64,000 nt of DNA from Bugula neritina (lineage: Eukaryota > Animalia > Bryozoa), in assembly GCA_964035545.1 (NCBI GenBank), contig OZ037770.1, forward strand, positions 9,182,973-9,246,972, read 5' to 3'. Positions 13,651 through 27,400 of this stretch are shown one piece after another (the first letter of the stretch is position 1; each line of letters starts with the position of its first letter). The position numbers were made by a program, and so were the translations under genes. The notes under the pieces are model-generated. The model was not told where the DNA came from. It made no database searches and saw only the letters and a list, made by a program, of their open reading frames with translations.

Positions 13651-15508
13651 ACATTGCGAAGTCTGTCTTTCATAATAATTATGTCACAGTCAGCTAGAGG
13701 CTGTCACATACCTGTATCCACGATTCAAAAACAAGTTCTTTAAAGTCAAATTACATTTCAATTATAGTAATCAGCTGATAGTTTAAAATAGATATATTGT
13801 TATAATTTTACAGGTAACAGATGTAGGTAACTTATACAGGTAGCTTGAGCTTATGCAAGTAACTTATGATGCATATTGGTAGCAAGCTACTAGTTCTGTT
13901 TACTAAAATAAATTAAAGTGCAGTCCCAGCTGTGTATTATTTCTTAGTGAATATCACAGTTTTATTTCTTGCTATAATAAAACCACTTATTTCTGAAATC
14001 AGCCTTTGGTTTTGGATCATCTCATTTATATCCTTTAACCTGGCTGAACATGTTCAAAAGTGTTGCATCACACAGCTCTTAGTCATCTGATGTTAAAGCA
14101 ATTATTTGTATAACAATTTTTCTAACAGCAAAAAGTAAAAACAGTGCTAAGCTTGCTTCTCCAATAACCCAACATAAGCAAGAATACACACGTTTCACCA
14201 ATATTATAAACTGGGCAAACCAACATTGTAATAATAGCTTTCTTTTCATTTATTATAAACAGTGCACTGAGCATGAATGAAACTGTATTGCAAATTTGCT
14301 GACAGCGAGAAGTCAAGGTAAGCCAACTTCTCTAATAACTCAAGTAAGAATCTACAACTGTGCATCTATAACAAGCTGCTACATTGCTAATGTTATACTC
14401 TATACATAATAGAAATTCTGTAACCTACTTTACTGCAATAAGACATGGTGATGTGTTCATATAGTGAAATATTTAGCCAGTATAGTAACTGCAATCACAT
14501 TAATTTATTCAGTGTTTAGACTTTAGAGGATATATTGGAATAATAATTACATTTAATAATATTCTGTGAGAGCCAATCAAATGATGAGATGATCACACAA
14601 TATCAAACAGGTTATAGACTGCATTATATAAACTATTAGTCTGCCATACAAATATAGGAGATTTAAATTAGCATAAACTATAGAGTAAAATGAATGTAGC
14701 AGCTACTTTACTGAGTAAGACATGGTGATAGTGAAATATAGTGAAATATTTTAACATTAGCAGCTGTAGTCACTTTAATTTATTCAGTGTTTATGGGATA
14801 TATTGGAATAATTAATTACATTAAATATTATTCAGACACAGCCAATCAAATGATAAGATAATCACACAATATCAAACAGGTTATAGACTACATTATATAA
14901 AATATTAGTCTGTCATACAAATGCAGTGAATGGAGACTAGCATAAACTACAGAGTAAAATGAATATAACAGATTAGTGAATGGCACCTGATAGTAAACAA
15001 TAAACAGTGTAATTTAATAATATTTTAGTCTGCAGTAGTATAATTACCATTATAAACACAGTGATAGATCTATGACTTTCAATACAAATAAGGTTAGATA
15101 TATAAAAATTGCAGTCTAGCTAATACATTGAAGTTATTCAGGCTGTGTAAAAGAGGATTGGTAAAATATTACTTGAAGTTAGTTATGTTTAGGTGTATAT
15201 GTTAGTTACTGAGACATCATATGTTCTCCCGCTGTATAAGTTTGTTACTGAGGCGTCATATGTTCTCCCACACTGTATCATAGCTGCGTGTTGAAGAACT
15301 CAGTCTACAGAGTCAACTTTGAGAATCATCTAGAAATAACAGACACAGTGTATATGTAGAAGTTGTACATCTCAGACATATCATTAGAAATATGTACATT
15401 AGTAGAAAACACAGAGTTGAGCACCAGATGTATTCTAACAGAGTCTAGTGTGATAAACAATATAATAAATGTACCACAAGATGGAATAATATCCTGTCAC
15501 AAACCTGT

Positions 15509-18500
15509 TTAGTTTAGCTGGTAAAACAGAACTTTCTTCTCATTCCATCTAGGTACAATCAGAGTGTCTTTATACACATGAAGATCCCACACATAACTCT
15601 TAGCTCTATCAGTTGGGTCTTCTACTGTAGACAGTTGTGTACCTGTAACAGGAAATGATGTATTAGTGTGTCATCACTAGTACATAGCATAGTATATTTT
15701 ATAGTGAGAGACTATGAGGAATACTAATATATTGGTAACAGTAGTTAACTAACCAATGTAAAACTAACCTGTCTCCACATCCAGTATCCAGATGGTGGTT
15801 TTACTGCTACGGTTAGTCACAAGAATATATTTACTTCTATAGCAGGTCACACCTCCTGGTTGAGATACATCCTTGCATGTCCAGATAACTTTCTCTGTTG
15901 TCAAGTCTAATTTAAATACTTGAGAGGAACCAGAGTCAGAAACTACTACACAATGTCTGTCTGCTGCACATATTGCTGTATGACTATTACTGAGCGTACC
16001 GCAGGGGACATGTTTAATTACCTCCCCAGTGAGAGAGTAGATTGTAAGTCTTTTACTGTGTCTATCAGGAACTACCACTTGGTCATCAACAATAGCAAGA
16101 TTGTTTGCACGCCAACAATTATCAAGATGAGACCAGCTGGTCACCTGTTTCCCAGTAAGATCATACACATGTACCTCCCAATTAGTGTTGATGGTACCTT
16201 CTAGGGTATACAACTTATTCTTATGTACTGTGACTCCAGTTACATAGTTGGTAATAGAAGCAAATGACTTGGAAACACTGAAACTCTCATCTATTCTGTC
16301 TATCCCTGCACCACTATTTAGCCCTACATAAGTGTTACCTTCATATTTACAGGCAGAATAGCAGCTGTTAGAAACATTAACAGACTGCAAGAGTTTGAGA
16401 GATTCAGGAGGATCTAAACTAATAATCATGTCTGCTGCAGGAACCAAGTCTATTTCTACATCTCTCTTCTCTTCTACAACATACATGAGAATATGTGTGT
16501 ATGTGTGTATACTTATATATAAGTGAGTATGTATATATAATATGTATGTCATATAAAAGTGAGTATGTGTATATATTCTATTATTAGAAACTCTGAGTAA
16601 ACCCACACGAAGGACTATTTCCACAGATATTCAAATTTTCCAACCAGTAGTTTCACACACATGAAGGGCACTTTTCAGATAAGATACTGAATATTACATT
16701 ATGCAATGCAGATATTACAGGTTTTAAATAAGCTCAGTAATACAAGTACAAGTATTTTACAGTTTAGTATACTAACCTTTGACCTTAAGAGACATGACAT
16801 CACATAGCTCTAGTTTAGGTATCTCAACAGATATCAGTCTCTTTATTCTGTCTTGAATCTCTGCAAATCCTTCAACCAGATCCACCTACAGTATATAAGA
16901 ATGGGATTAGTCAGTGAGGCTAAAAACAGTCTTTTTAGTTACAACTCACTACTTTATTGTGTGTTAGTTGAAATAAAGGTACAAATGGAAAAGAATTGCA
17001 GGAAATTAACTATTTAAATAAACTATAATTAGTATTTTATTTAAGATCACAGAGATTTTGGTGAAAGTTCTGAACTCTACAACTTTGAAATAATTTTTTT
17101 ACTTACCGTAGTGGAAGACATTGAAGTTGGTAAGCACACTACTACACAGCTAAAGGGGAAATGAGTAATCAAGCATTGCGATGGTCCATTTACGTCTTAC
17201 ATGGTTTTTCAATTTTCACTGCGTTTCATGTATATACAGCATGTTAGTGCATTCCTGAAGACTAAAAAAACCTATTCATAAATATATTTAGTAAACAAAT
17301 GGTGAAAACTGCCCACCTGATGGTTTTGTCTAAGTTGAGCTTCTATCTTCATTCTACTGTTACTCAGTTGAGATAAAACAGTTTCAACTTCTCTCTCCAT
17401 ATATCTGTTCAGTTCCTCGTTAGTCTTCTTTCTACTAGCTAAGAATTCCTTCTCCAGTTTCTCATACTTTAGTCTCACTTCAGTCAACTACATCATACAT
17501 TGTATCAGCACATTGTAGAAAGTAGACAACACATCAGAAAAAAAATCTTCATGCGAAATTGAGTTTAAAAAATCACGTGTTTTAACAGTGTATAGTATTT
17601 TAATTTACTCAAAATAGTAGCTAGTCACCTAACTGTTACTCTTAAGTATCAGTATTACAATGTTTTACTAACACCTGACTACAGAAAGTAGATTACAGAG
17701 TAACACAAAGTATTTTCTATAAACACACAACCTGTTCATCACGCTGTGTATGAAGAATATTCAGCAATTCCTCAGTCTCATTATCAAAGTCTGACACAGT
17801 TTTAGAAAGGTGTTTGAAGAAAGCAGACACCTTGTCTTCAGTGGTGAGAAGATCATCTATATTGATAAGCTCTTTGATTAAGTCATCTAGATTAACCACG
17901 TGGTGTGGTGAGTCTAAAATAGAAATGAAACACCACATTCAACGTGACTATTGCAAAACCATGACAAAAGTTGAAAAGAGCAAACTTCAAACAGACTGTA
18001 CAAGTGAATAGCATTTGAATATAAAAACAATTCACTCTCATTTGATAAAACACTTTTAACTACAAAAAGCACAAATTTCACATTCAGTTGTTTCGAGTTG
18101 TAAATGTTTCACTATTGACCCTTTTCCAACATTCCTGATACTCAATTGATAATTTACAGTTGTTTCTTCCTAATAGGATCAATGTATAAAACACAGAGCT
18201 AGCTATAAATTTCCAATGTTGCTATTCACGAGTAGCCCTCACAGTGTAATAGGTAGCAGATTGACTTAAGTTGGAGGACGGCAGTTTGATTCCAGGTGCA
18301 GCATTCTTACAATATTTTCTGAGAGGGCTCTACAGTTTATTAGATTTATCAACATTTAGCAAGTAGCTTTCAGCAGTACATTCTTACCTCCAACACACAA
18401 GTTAGTGCAAGATGTGCACTGCACACAGAACAGCTGAACACACACTTTACACCCTTGTATGTAGGGATATGCTGTGTGTTTGGGACAAACTTTTCTTTCC

Positions 18501-19333
18501 AGTCTCTTGGCTTGTATTCTGTAGTCAGTGATGGTCATCTTCTGGTGGTTATCACTGGTGTCATCATGTGACTAAATATAACATAATACATCTTTACTGA
18601 GAAATATAACTCCGCTGTGCATATAGTGGCAAAGAAACCAAAATTAAAAATATATGATCTAAACATGTAAATATATTTATAGCAAAGTAACAATTTCAAC
18701 CAGCACATAGTCTAAAAATAAATGTATAATCTGCATAAAAGCAGATAAAACAGATAAATGTGAAACATGATTTCTTAATGTTTTCTGACAAATCAACATT
18801 CAAGTACAACAATATGTAATCAGAGGCTGAGTTAGAGTATGCAGTGTTGAATATCAACTGAAGAAGTATTTCATGAAAGTATCACCTCATCATGTTTTCT
18901 GCAGAAGAGTTTACGGCACACAGTGCAGTATATGACTGCTGGTACTTTTTTCAGTCCTTTTTTAGTGCACACGTCACATTATACGGAGTTGTCTGCTACA
19001 TCAGCAGATGGAAGATTCTCTACTCTCACATCAAACACTTCCCTGTGACAAGACACAGAATTATTTATCAGTAATAAAAATCATATATAACATAATCAGG
19101 TAAAAAATATCCTTTAAAATGAAAATCATTGACTTATTACCAGCAGTATGTCTCAGCTCTGTCTATACAAAACTAACTTACCTACACCAGGGACACCTGA
19201 TCATGTCATTCACATCAACATTACGAGTAAGACACAGTAAACAGTGTACATGACCACATGGTAGACACTTGGGATTCTCTAAATCTTCTTTTAGTAAACA
19301 GTATCCACACTCAACTTCTTCTGATGCAGCCAT
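15509..19333 (-). CDS. TRIM-NHL-like E3 ligase, array copy 3, apparently complete
   Basis: Same 8 coding exons as copy 2; ATG at 19333 (MAASEEVECGYC...), propeller exon inside ORF 15764-16624, stop TAA ends at 15509. Confidence 0.9.
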
Positions 19334-19879
19334 TTCACTCAACTCTATATTATAAAACAGGAGAACATATTATAAAGTGTATTCAGATCCCATGTAGTTA
19401 ACTGTAATGAAAGAATTTAGTAGTTTATCTTTGTGTCTCTTCTCACTCACTACTTAATATCTTTTAACATTGTGGAATGTGACTCAACTATAAAACCGCA
19501 GTGTAGATGTAATGTATTTCAAGCACTCTGTACAACTTGAAATGATATTTTTAGCACCTGCAGATATTAGTCCAGACCTATTATATAACAAATCAATTAT
19601 TAATAAGAAGAGTTTTCCTATTAAATATTCTAAGAGTTAATATTTATAGCCAATTAATACTTTGAAGGTTCTGGAATTAGGTATTTCTAACAATTCACCC
19701 AATATCCCACAAGTTGATGCATATTGTTGACATGTAATATAATGCAGAGAAAGTATAATTGTTGTATTGTAAATAGATATAAACATATGTGGTTTCTACC
19801 ACTTCTGTTACTACATCTACAGTCTACAGTAGAGGCTCTGTATATTAAATAAGTTCTGTTGAGCAGTCCCAAACAGCAG

Positions 19880-20290
19880 ACTATGTTTCTGCTGTTTGGG
19901 ACCCCTATACTACAAAAGAAATAAATTCCATCAAAGAGGTACACACACGGGCAGTAAGAGCCATAGCTAACATCAAGGGTAGAAGAGGAGTGTGAGAAGC
20001 AAAAGAAAGACTGGAGCTGGCCGCCCTCGATGAAAGAAGAAGAACTCAACGGCTAAGACTCCTTATGAGGATACTCCAAAAGGAAGAATATCACCCAGCA
20101 CTCTCTGCAGCGTATGACGAACTAATAAATACCCCGGAAAGTTTTATCCAAACTAGGACCCAAACACTAGGACAGCCAAGATCAGTCAGCACCAATAATA
20201 ACTGCTATTATAACAGCTTCTTGCCACGGACAATCCGTGACCTTAAAGGGAACAATCCTTGCAAGACTAATTTACACACAGAATAATCTA
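19880..20290 (+). mobile_element. Decayed 3' fragment of a non-LTR retrotransposon (CR1/L2/RTE-like)
   Basis: Translates VWDPYTTKEINSIKEVHTRAVR...*...LAALDERRR...YYNSFLPRTIRDL, the typical post-RT C-terminus of LINEs, with an in-frame stop. Confidence 0.75.
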
Positions 20291-20699
20291 AACATTGACA
20301 GGTTAACCTACCTGTACTAATAAACAATATTGCAACACACACTGCAATCAATTTATGGACTATTGTATGCATTTTACTTTCTGACCAACCGTAAACATAT
20401 GAGGCATGCCGCTTCTGCTACCTAGTGGTCTAGCATGATCGTAATCTGGAGGTAACTGGAGGTATCATTTGATAATTTAAACTTGCTGTCACAGCCAGAC
20501 TAATTGTGGTACTGTGAGTGTCAGTGTGACTGTCACTCACTATGAGTCAAGTGAGTGAGACTGAGTGAAACAGCATCAGTATGACTGATAGTATGAGTAT
20601 CACCATGACTATCAGTATATCACTATAAGTATATTACTATCACATTCACTGGTAGTAACCTAAACTATCACTATGAGTATGCGTAAGCCGTAACGTAAA

Positions 20700-21190
20700 T
20701 CACTAAATGTCGATGAAAATAGAGATGATACAACCACAATAAGTTGATTTTAAAACTGAAATTTGAAAACAATGAAGATCGTTTTCAAGTTTGTTAACAC
20801 TTACAGTTATTGCTGTCGGTAAACAATTAAATTTGTTGAGGCAAACTTCCCCCTCGCCCTGGAAGTCCTTAGTAACTAGTAATACTAGCAAGTAGCAATA
20901 GTTCCTTTTGGTGTTAGATCTTTCTGCGCAGGTGCAAGATTAGAATAACACTTACCCTGGACTGGGGGAATTCCCTAACAACGCGTGCAGTTAATTCAAA
21001 TAATATAACCCATTGAACTGGAAAAGACCAGTTCAAACTTGATCAGCCTCGCAGCGGCACTTCAGAGTTATCTTTCCAAACAAACCCTATGCGCAATTAA
21101 TATTAGATACATCATACAGAGCTCCAGGTCTGTATCTCACGAGCCCTTGCTCACGAATCTCTATAGGTCACGAGAACAGCCTGGACCGTG
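20700..21190 (-). promoter_or_regulatory. Probable divergent first exon and promoter of TRIM copy 3
   Basis: CpG-richer patch, strong donor GG|GTAAGT at 20956/20955, canonical kB motif GGGGAATTCCC (20965-20975), and GGTCACGAG near 21166 resembling the distal motif of the other promoters. Confidence 0.45.
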
Positions 21191-24100
21191 TTTTGTTGTA
21201 TGTGTGTACAAAGACCAAATGACCAAGTTTAATGAAGCCATGAGTTTAACCTGGCATTCTAAGATAATATTATGAATTGATGCTTTAGTGTTTAGTGAGA
21301 TACAGAGTGAGGACTGTATGTCATAATGTGCTGGAAGCTTCATGCCCTCACCTTATAAATCTCATGTTTATGCTTTACAGTAGATATCCATGTGACAGTC
21401 CTTGAAATTAGGAGCTCTTATCAAGTTGGCAAGTTACAGGTTTGAGTGCACCTTCTGTTTGTACTATTAATGGAGCAGCTATAATGACATTACTAACCAA
21501 TACAGAAAACAACTGTTTCTTGTATAGTGAATCTTTATTATAGCATATTCACAAGTGTACGTGAAGTAGGTTTTGAACTGTAAAGAATTCTAGTTTACAG
21601 AATTCTTTACTGTAAACTAGAATTACAGTAAAGAATTATTCTACATTCATAGAGAATAACATTAAATAGAATTTGGACGTATATTGAAAAATGTGTGGAA
21701 TTTATATAGTATTTCAATATATTATATGCATGTAAACTAGAAGCCTGTGTTCTAGTTAGTGCAGACAGTATTTTGTGATCTGGTCTTTAACTTTGCATTT
21801 TAAAGGTCAACAAACTACGTTGCATTAGTTGCCATACCCTTTATTTGCATAAGTGTACTCAATTTGTTATAACTTGAAACACAAATATTTTTGTTGTGAA
21901 AATGAAGTATTTCAATCATTTATTTGACTTTTTAGGTTCAAACATGTATAATTAAACAATTGTCATGATTTATTGAGCTATGATATCTGCTGTAATAAAT
22001 AATAATAGTAGTTATTTGAAATGTATGTAAAAATATAAACATACATAAACTATTTACTGTATAATAATATAACTGATCATTAAGCTTCACTGTATCCTGT
22101 TATTATTTGTATTCAAAATAAAGTTCAACTCTTGGAGATACAAATGAAACAGAGAACAGATGTCAATATAGCGGAAAGTGCATCAGCACTAAAATGTGCT
22201 GTCAGAAAGACCATGAGTTCATAATACAGGGTGTTGTCTCCCCTACAGAGGATGTCTGAGTTATTTATATCCTGCATCATTATAAAGTCCTGTTGGTTGT
22301 ATTTAGTGATATACTAGTCTGACTTCTTCTGAGAATGTAATAAACCAACCAGTTTACAAACTCGAATGCTGAACCAACAAACTTATGAACATAACCTCAG
22401 CAAGAATCTCCAAACATTTCTTTATAACAGGCTGCTACATTGCTTATATTATATTCTATACAGAATATCAATTGCATAACTTTTGTTGTTGGGATAAGAC
22501 ATGGTCATGTGTTTTTAGTACAACATTTTACCATTAGCAGCTGTAATCACTTTAATTTATTCATTGTTTATAGAATTGATTAGAATAACTATTCACTTTG
22601 ACTATTATTCTAACACAGCCAATCAGATGACTATGATGGTTATGTTCCCACACAAGGATCTCAAACTGTTACTCAAACCAACATAGTCACAAATTATTAT
22701 TAGACTAGACCTCAGGTGTGAGAATCTTACTCATTACTATAAGAAGAAGTCAGAGTATTAACTCAAAGAAGTTACTAATATATCAGAGACTGTCCAATAC
22801 CTTGTGCTACTGGCACTGCCGTTACTTTTATACAGGCTTCATTTACCATCACATTATTTGACTACATTCCTATAACCTACATTGTTGCTAATGGAAACCA
22901 GGTTTAAACAAATGAAATACTATAATAACCTATAGCTACCATTTGGCTTACAAAATGCTTCCTAGTTTGCACACAGAGAGATTGTTAGTGAAATTTAACA
23001 CATTATTTTGTATAGCCTCATTGTTTGAAGGTTTAGAAAAACATGTGGAGCCTGAAGTTGGGTACCTCTAGCATGGATCATAACTATGTATGTAGTAAAC
23101 TGAGCCCCATGGCTCAGACTGATGAACGATGGCTAGATGCAGCACAAAGTTCAGTCACTGAGGGCATTGTTCGGCACATGCTCCAAATTTTTAATTCCAA
23201 ACTTGAACTCATCACTCAAACCAGAATTATTATAAATTGGCATATTTGGTGATATACTAGTAGGTTAGTGTATTTTTGATGTTTACTATTGTCCAAACTT
23301 GAGAGACCCTGAACCAATGCACTCAGTGACCCCAAAGTTTGTGCTGCATTAATACACTCCCTAATTGAGATGCAATAGCTTGCAATTTTTAAAAAACTTT
23401 CTGTGAAATTATCAGTCACACAGTAAACTATAATACGACTTTGCATTGTTAGATTAAGAAAACCTAATTGAAATCATCTTTAGCCCAAAAATGCAAGCAA
23501 TTAATGTTGTATAATATTTAAAGAATACATTCCAATATACTATCTACCTAGCAAAATGGAGTCAAAACACATAACTATATTACAGCTCAGTGCATAAACT
23601 GTCAGTAAATATGACCTGGTAAGTCTACATTGGTGACCTTCTAATTGATCTGTTATATTATTGATTGATTATTAGTTATCAGAACAATAATTAATCATTA
23701 ATTTTAAAGTTTATAAATGACTATATTATGTAAAATATTAGCTTGTCACAAAAAGCGGTAGATGGAAATTAGCATAAACAGTATAGTAAAATGAATGCAA
23801 CAGTAGTGGTCGATATTAAAGAGTAAATAGTGAACATTGTGATGTACAAGAATATCAGTGTGTAGTAAATGTAGACTTGCAATTACCAATAGAATCACAT
23901 TGATCTCTATATGACCTTTAATGTAAATCAGGTTAGATATAGAAAAAGTTGTAGGCTAGCTAATACTTTATAATCAAGCATGTTATGTGACATAGGTTGG
24001 GTTAAGTGAAAATAAGTCGTGTAGGCTGTGTGGAATAGGCTTGGTACAAGTGAAAATAAGTTATTACTTGAAATTAGTTATATTTAGGTGTGTATGTTAG

Positions 24101-24415
24101 TTACTGGCATGTAATACAGCCTCGGGCACTATGAGTAGCTGAATAAGTGATTTAATGGAATGTCATGCAGCCTGCCACACTGTATCATAGCTGCGTGTTG
24201 AAGAACTCAGTCTACCAAGTCAATTTTGAGAATCATCTAGAAATAACAGACACAGTGTATATGTAGAAGTTGTACATCTCAGACATATCATTACAAATAT
24301 GTACATTAGTAAAAAACACAGAGTTGAGCACCAGATGTATTCAAACAGAGTCTAGTGTGATAAACAATATAATAAATATACTACAAGATGGAATAATATC
24401 CTGTCACACACCTGT

Positions 24416-27400
24416 TTAATTTAGCTGGTAAAACAGAACTTTCTTCTCATCCCATCTAGGTACAATCAGAGTGTCTTTATACACTTGAAGATCAAACACA
24501 TAACTGCCAGCTCTATCAGTTGGATCTTCTACTTTGGACAGTTGTGTACCTGTAACAGGAAAAGATGTATTAGTGTGTCATCCCTAGTACTTAGCATAGT
24601 ATATTTTATAGTGTCAGACTCAGAGAAATACTAATATATTGGTAACAGTAGTTAACTAACCAATGTAAAACTAACCTGTCTCCACATCCAGTATCCAGAT
24701 GGTGGTTTTACTGCTGTAGTTAGTCACAAGAATATATTTACTTCTATAGCAGGTCACACCTTGTGGTTTAGATACATCCTTGCATGTCCAGATGACTTTC
24801 TCTGTTGTCAAGTCTAATTTAAATACTTGAGAGGAACCACAGTCAGAAACTACTACACAATGTCTGTCTGCTGCACATATTGCTGTATTACTATAACTGA
24901 GTAGAGGGCAGGAGACATGTTTAATTACCTCCCCAGTAAGAGAGTAGATTGCAAGTCTTCTACTGTGTCTATCAGGAACTACCACCTGATCATCAACAAT
25001 AGCAAGTTTGTTTACATACTCACTATTATCATGATGGGACCAGCTGGTCACCTGTTTCCCAGTAAGATCAAACACATTTACCACCCAATTAGTGATGCTG
25101 ATAAGCACTAGAGCATACAGCTTATTCCTATGTACTGTGACTCCAGCTACTGAGTTGAGATTAGAAGTTAAATACCAAGTAAGAGAAGCAAATGACTTGG
25201 AAACACTGAAACTCTCATCTATTCTGTCTATCTCTGCACCATGACTCAGCCCTACATAAGTGTTACCGTCATAGTTACAGACAGACAAACAGTAACCAGA
25301 AACGTCAGCAGACTGTAAAAGTTTGAAAGATTTAGGAAGAGTAGAAGTTTTTACTCCTTTATCTAAATTAACAGATATGCCAACTGAAGGAACCAAGTCT
25401 ACTTCTACATCTCTCCTCTCGTCTACAACATATGTGAATATGTCTGTATATATATATATATGGGAAAGATGCATGCATGTATAAAGTTTCATTAACTGAA
25501 GCTTATGCAGGGCTAATTCAACAGATATTCAATAGTTTCAACACATGAAGTTCAATATTAAGATACTATTGATTGACGTTCATATATTACATTATATAAT
25601 GCAGATACATGATTATTACAAGTAAAAAATACTATCAGTAATATAAAAGTGTGTCTGCACTAGCACAATATTACAAGTCATCTATGGTAAACTTTGACTT
25701 TTAGAGACATTACACAGCTCTAGTTTGGTATACTAACCTTTGACCTTTAGAGACATGACATCACACAGCTCTAGTTTAGGTATCTCAACAGATATCAGTC
25801 TCTGTATTTTATTTTTAATCTCTGCATATCTTTCAACCAGATCCACCTACAGTGTATTATAATAATCATGTAGGAATATGTGTGAAGACAACTCCAGTTA
25901 ATAAGAAACTTCATGTATGTGTTCAATTACATAAAGTTAGCGTAGGCCGTAGGGACACACGGCTCGATTTACACGCGCGTGATGTGGCGAGAAAACCCGT
26001 TTAGCCCAAGAATAGGACGTTGTGTGCGGATTTCCATGCGTCTAACATGCTGAGCGAGAAGTGTGGCAAGCTTGTGTGTGTTTGATCTAATTGGCTTATT
26101 ATCATTTAGCGAGCATATTTTTTTATTTTAATTCACGTATTAGCTTTTAGCGAACTGAATTAAAATTTAAAACAGTTTCATATAGTTTGTATTCCCGCTT
26201 TTATAATATTTAAAGTCACTTTGCCGAAGGCATAATTTATAAACAAATGTCTGTAGGCGAGCAGTAAAATTCAACACTAACATCATTAGCTAATAAATTT
26301 CTGCACTCGCAACACACGCATTGTGTGTGGCATGTCTGAACGGGTTTTCTCGCACGTCACGAGTGAGTAAATCGTGTCGTCCTACGCTTGCACAATGGAA
26401 ATGACAAAATTACCAATTACATTATATATGCTATATATAGAACACCAATGCAGTGACAAACAGATATATAATATATAGCATTTTATTTCAACGAGCAGAT
26501 ATTTTGTAAGATCAAAGTAATTGTGGTGCAAAAGTGACACTCAAAAATTTCAATCTTTCTTTAAGCCTGGTTTTTAAACTCTACAACTTTACATGAGATG
26601 ACAAATTAGTATATTATCATGACATCATAACTGTACAGCTATGATGCCATAGCTTGCAAATTGTATACAGAGTGTTATTACTATACAGCTGTAACAGAAG
26701 TAATATCAAACAACGCTGATGAATGAAAAAAAATATATAAATTAAATTAGTTATGTTTTAAAGAGTATATAAGTAATAAGTAAACTTATTTATTATGGCA
26801 GGCCTAAACAATTGACCTTGATCTCTGTTTACCCCTAAAAATATTCAAAACATGTTTGGTACATGACCACTGCACACCTGATGGTTTTGTCTAAGTTGAG
26901 CTTCTATCTTCATTCTACTGTAACTCAGTTGAGACAAAACAGTTCCAACTTCTCTCTCCATGTATCTGTTCAGTTCCTCTTTAGTCTTCTTTCTACTAGC
27001 TAAGAATTCCTTCTCCAGTTTCTCATACTTTAGTCTCACTTCAGTCAACTACATCATACATTGTATCAGCATATTGTAGAAAGTGGACAATACATAAGAG
27101 AAAGTGTTTCAGAGTTGATTGTAAAAGAAAACAACATTGTAAAAAAATAGTATTTTAATTCACACGGAATAGTAGCTAGTCACCTAACTGTTACTCTTAA
27201 GTATTAGTATTGCAATGTTTTACTAACAACTGAATACAGAATGTAGATTACAGAGTAACACAAAGTATTTTCTATAAACACACAACCTGTTCATCACGCT
27301 GTGTATGAAGAATATTCAGCAATTCCTCTGTCTCATTATCAAAGTCTGACACAGTTTTAGAAAGGTGTTTGAAGAAAGCAGACATCTTGTCTTCAGTGGT

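Noticed and set aside
14400-15000. ~245-bp tandem duplication also seen near 5.4-5.7 kb and 22.4-22.6 kb
   Set aside because: Paralogous downstream/intergenic sequence of the array with no coding or structural signal.
15200-15300. SECIS element in the TRIM 3' UTR (ATGA...AA...GA)
   Set aside because: No supporting stem pairing and no in-frame TGA in the CDS; it is a short local duplication.
7494-25420. Diversity-generating retroelement as the source of propeller variability
   Set aside because: No template repeat or DGR-type RT seen; substitutions are not adenine-restricted; the RT-related sequences present are a Penelope element and a decayed LINE fragment.
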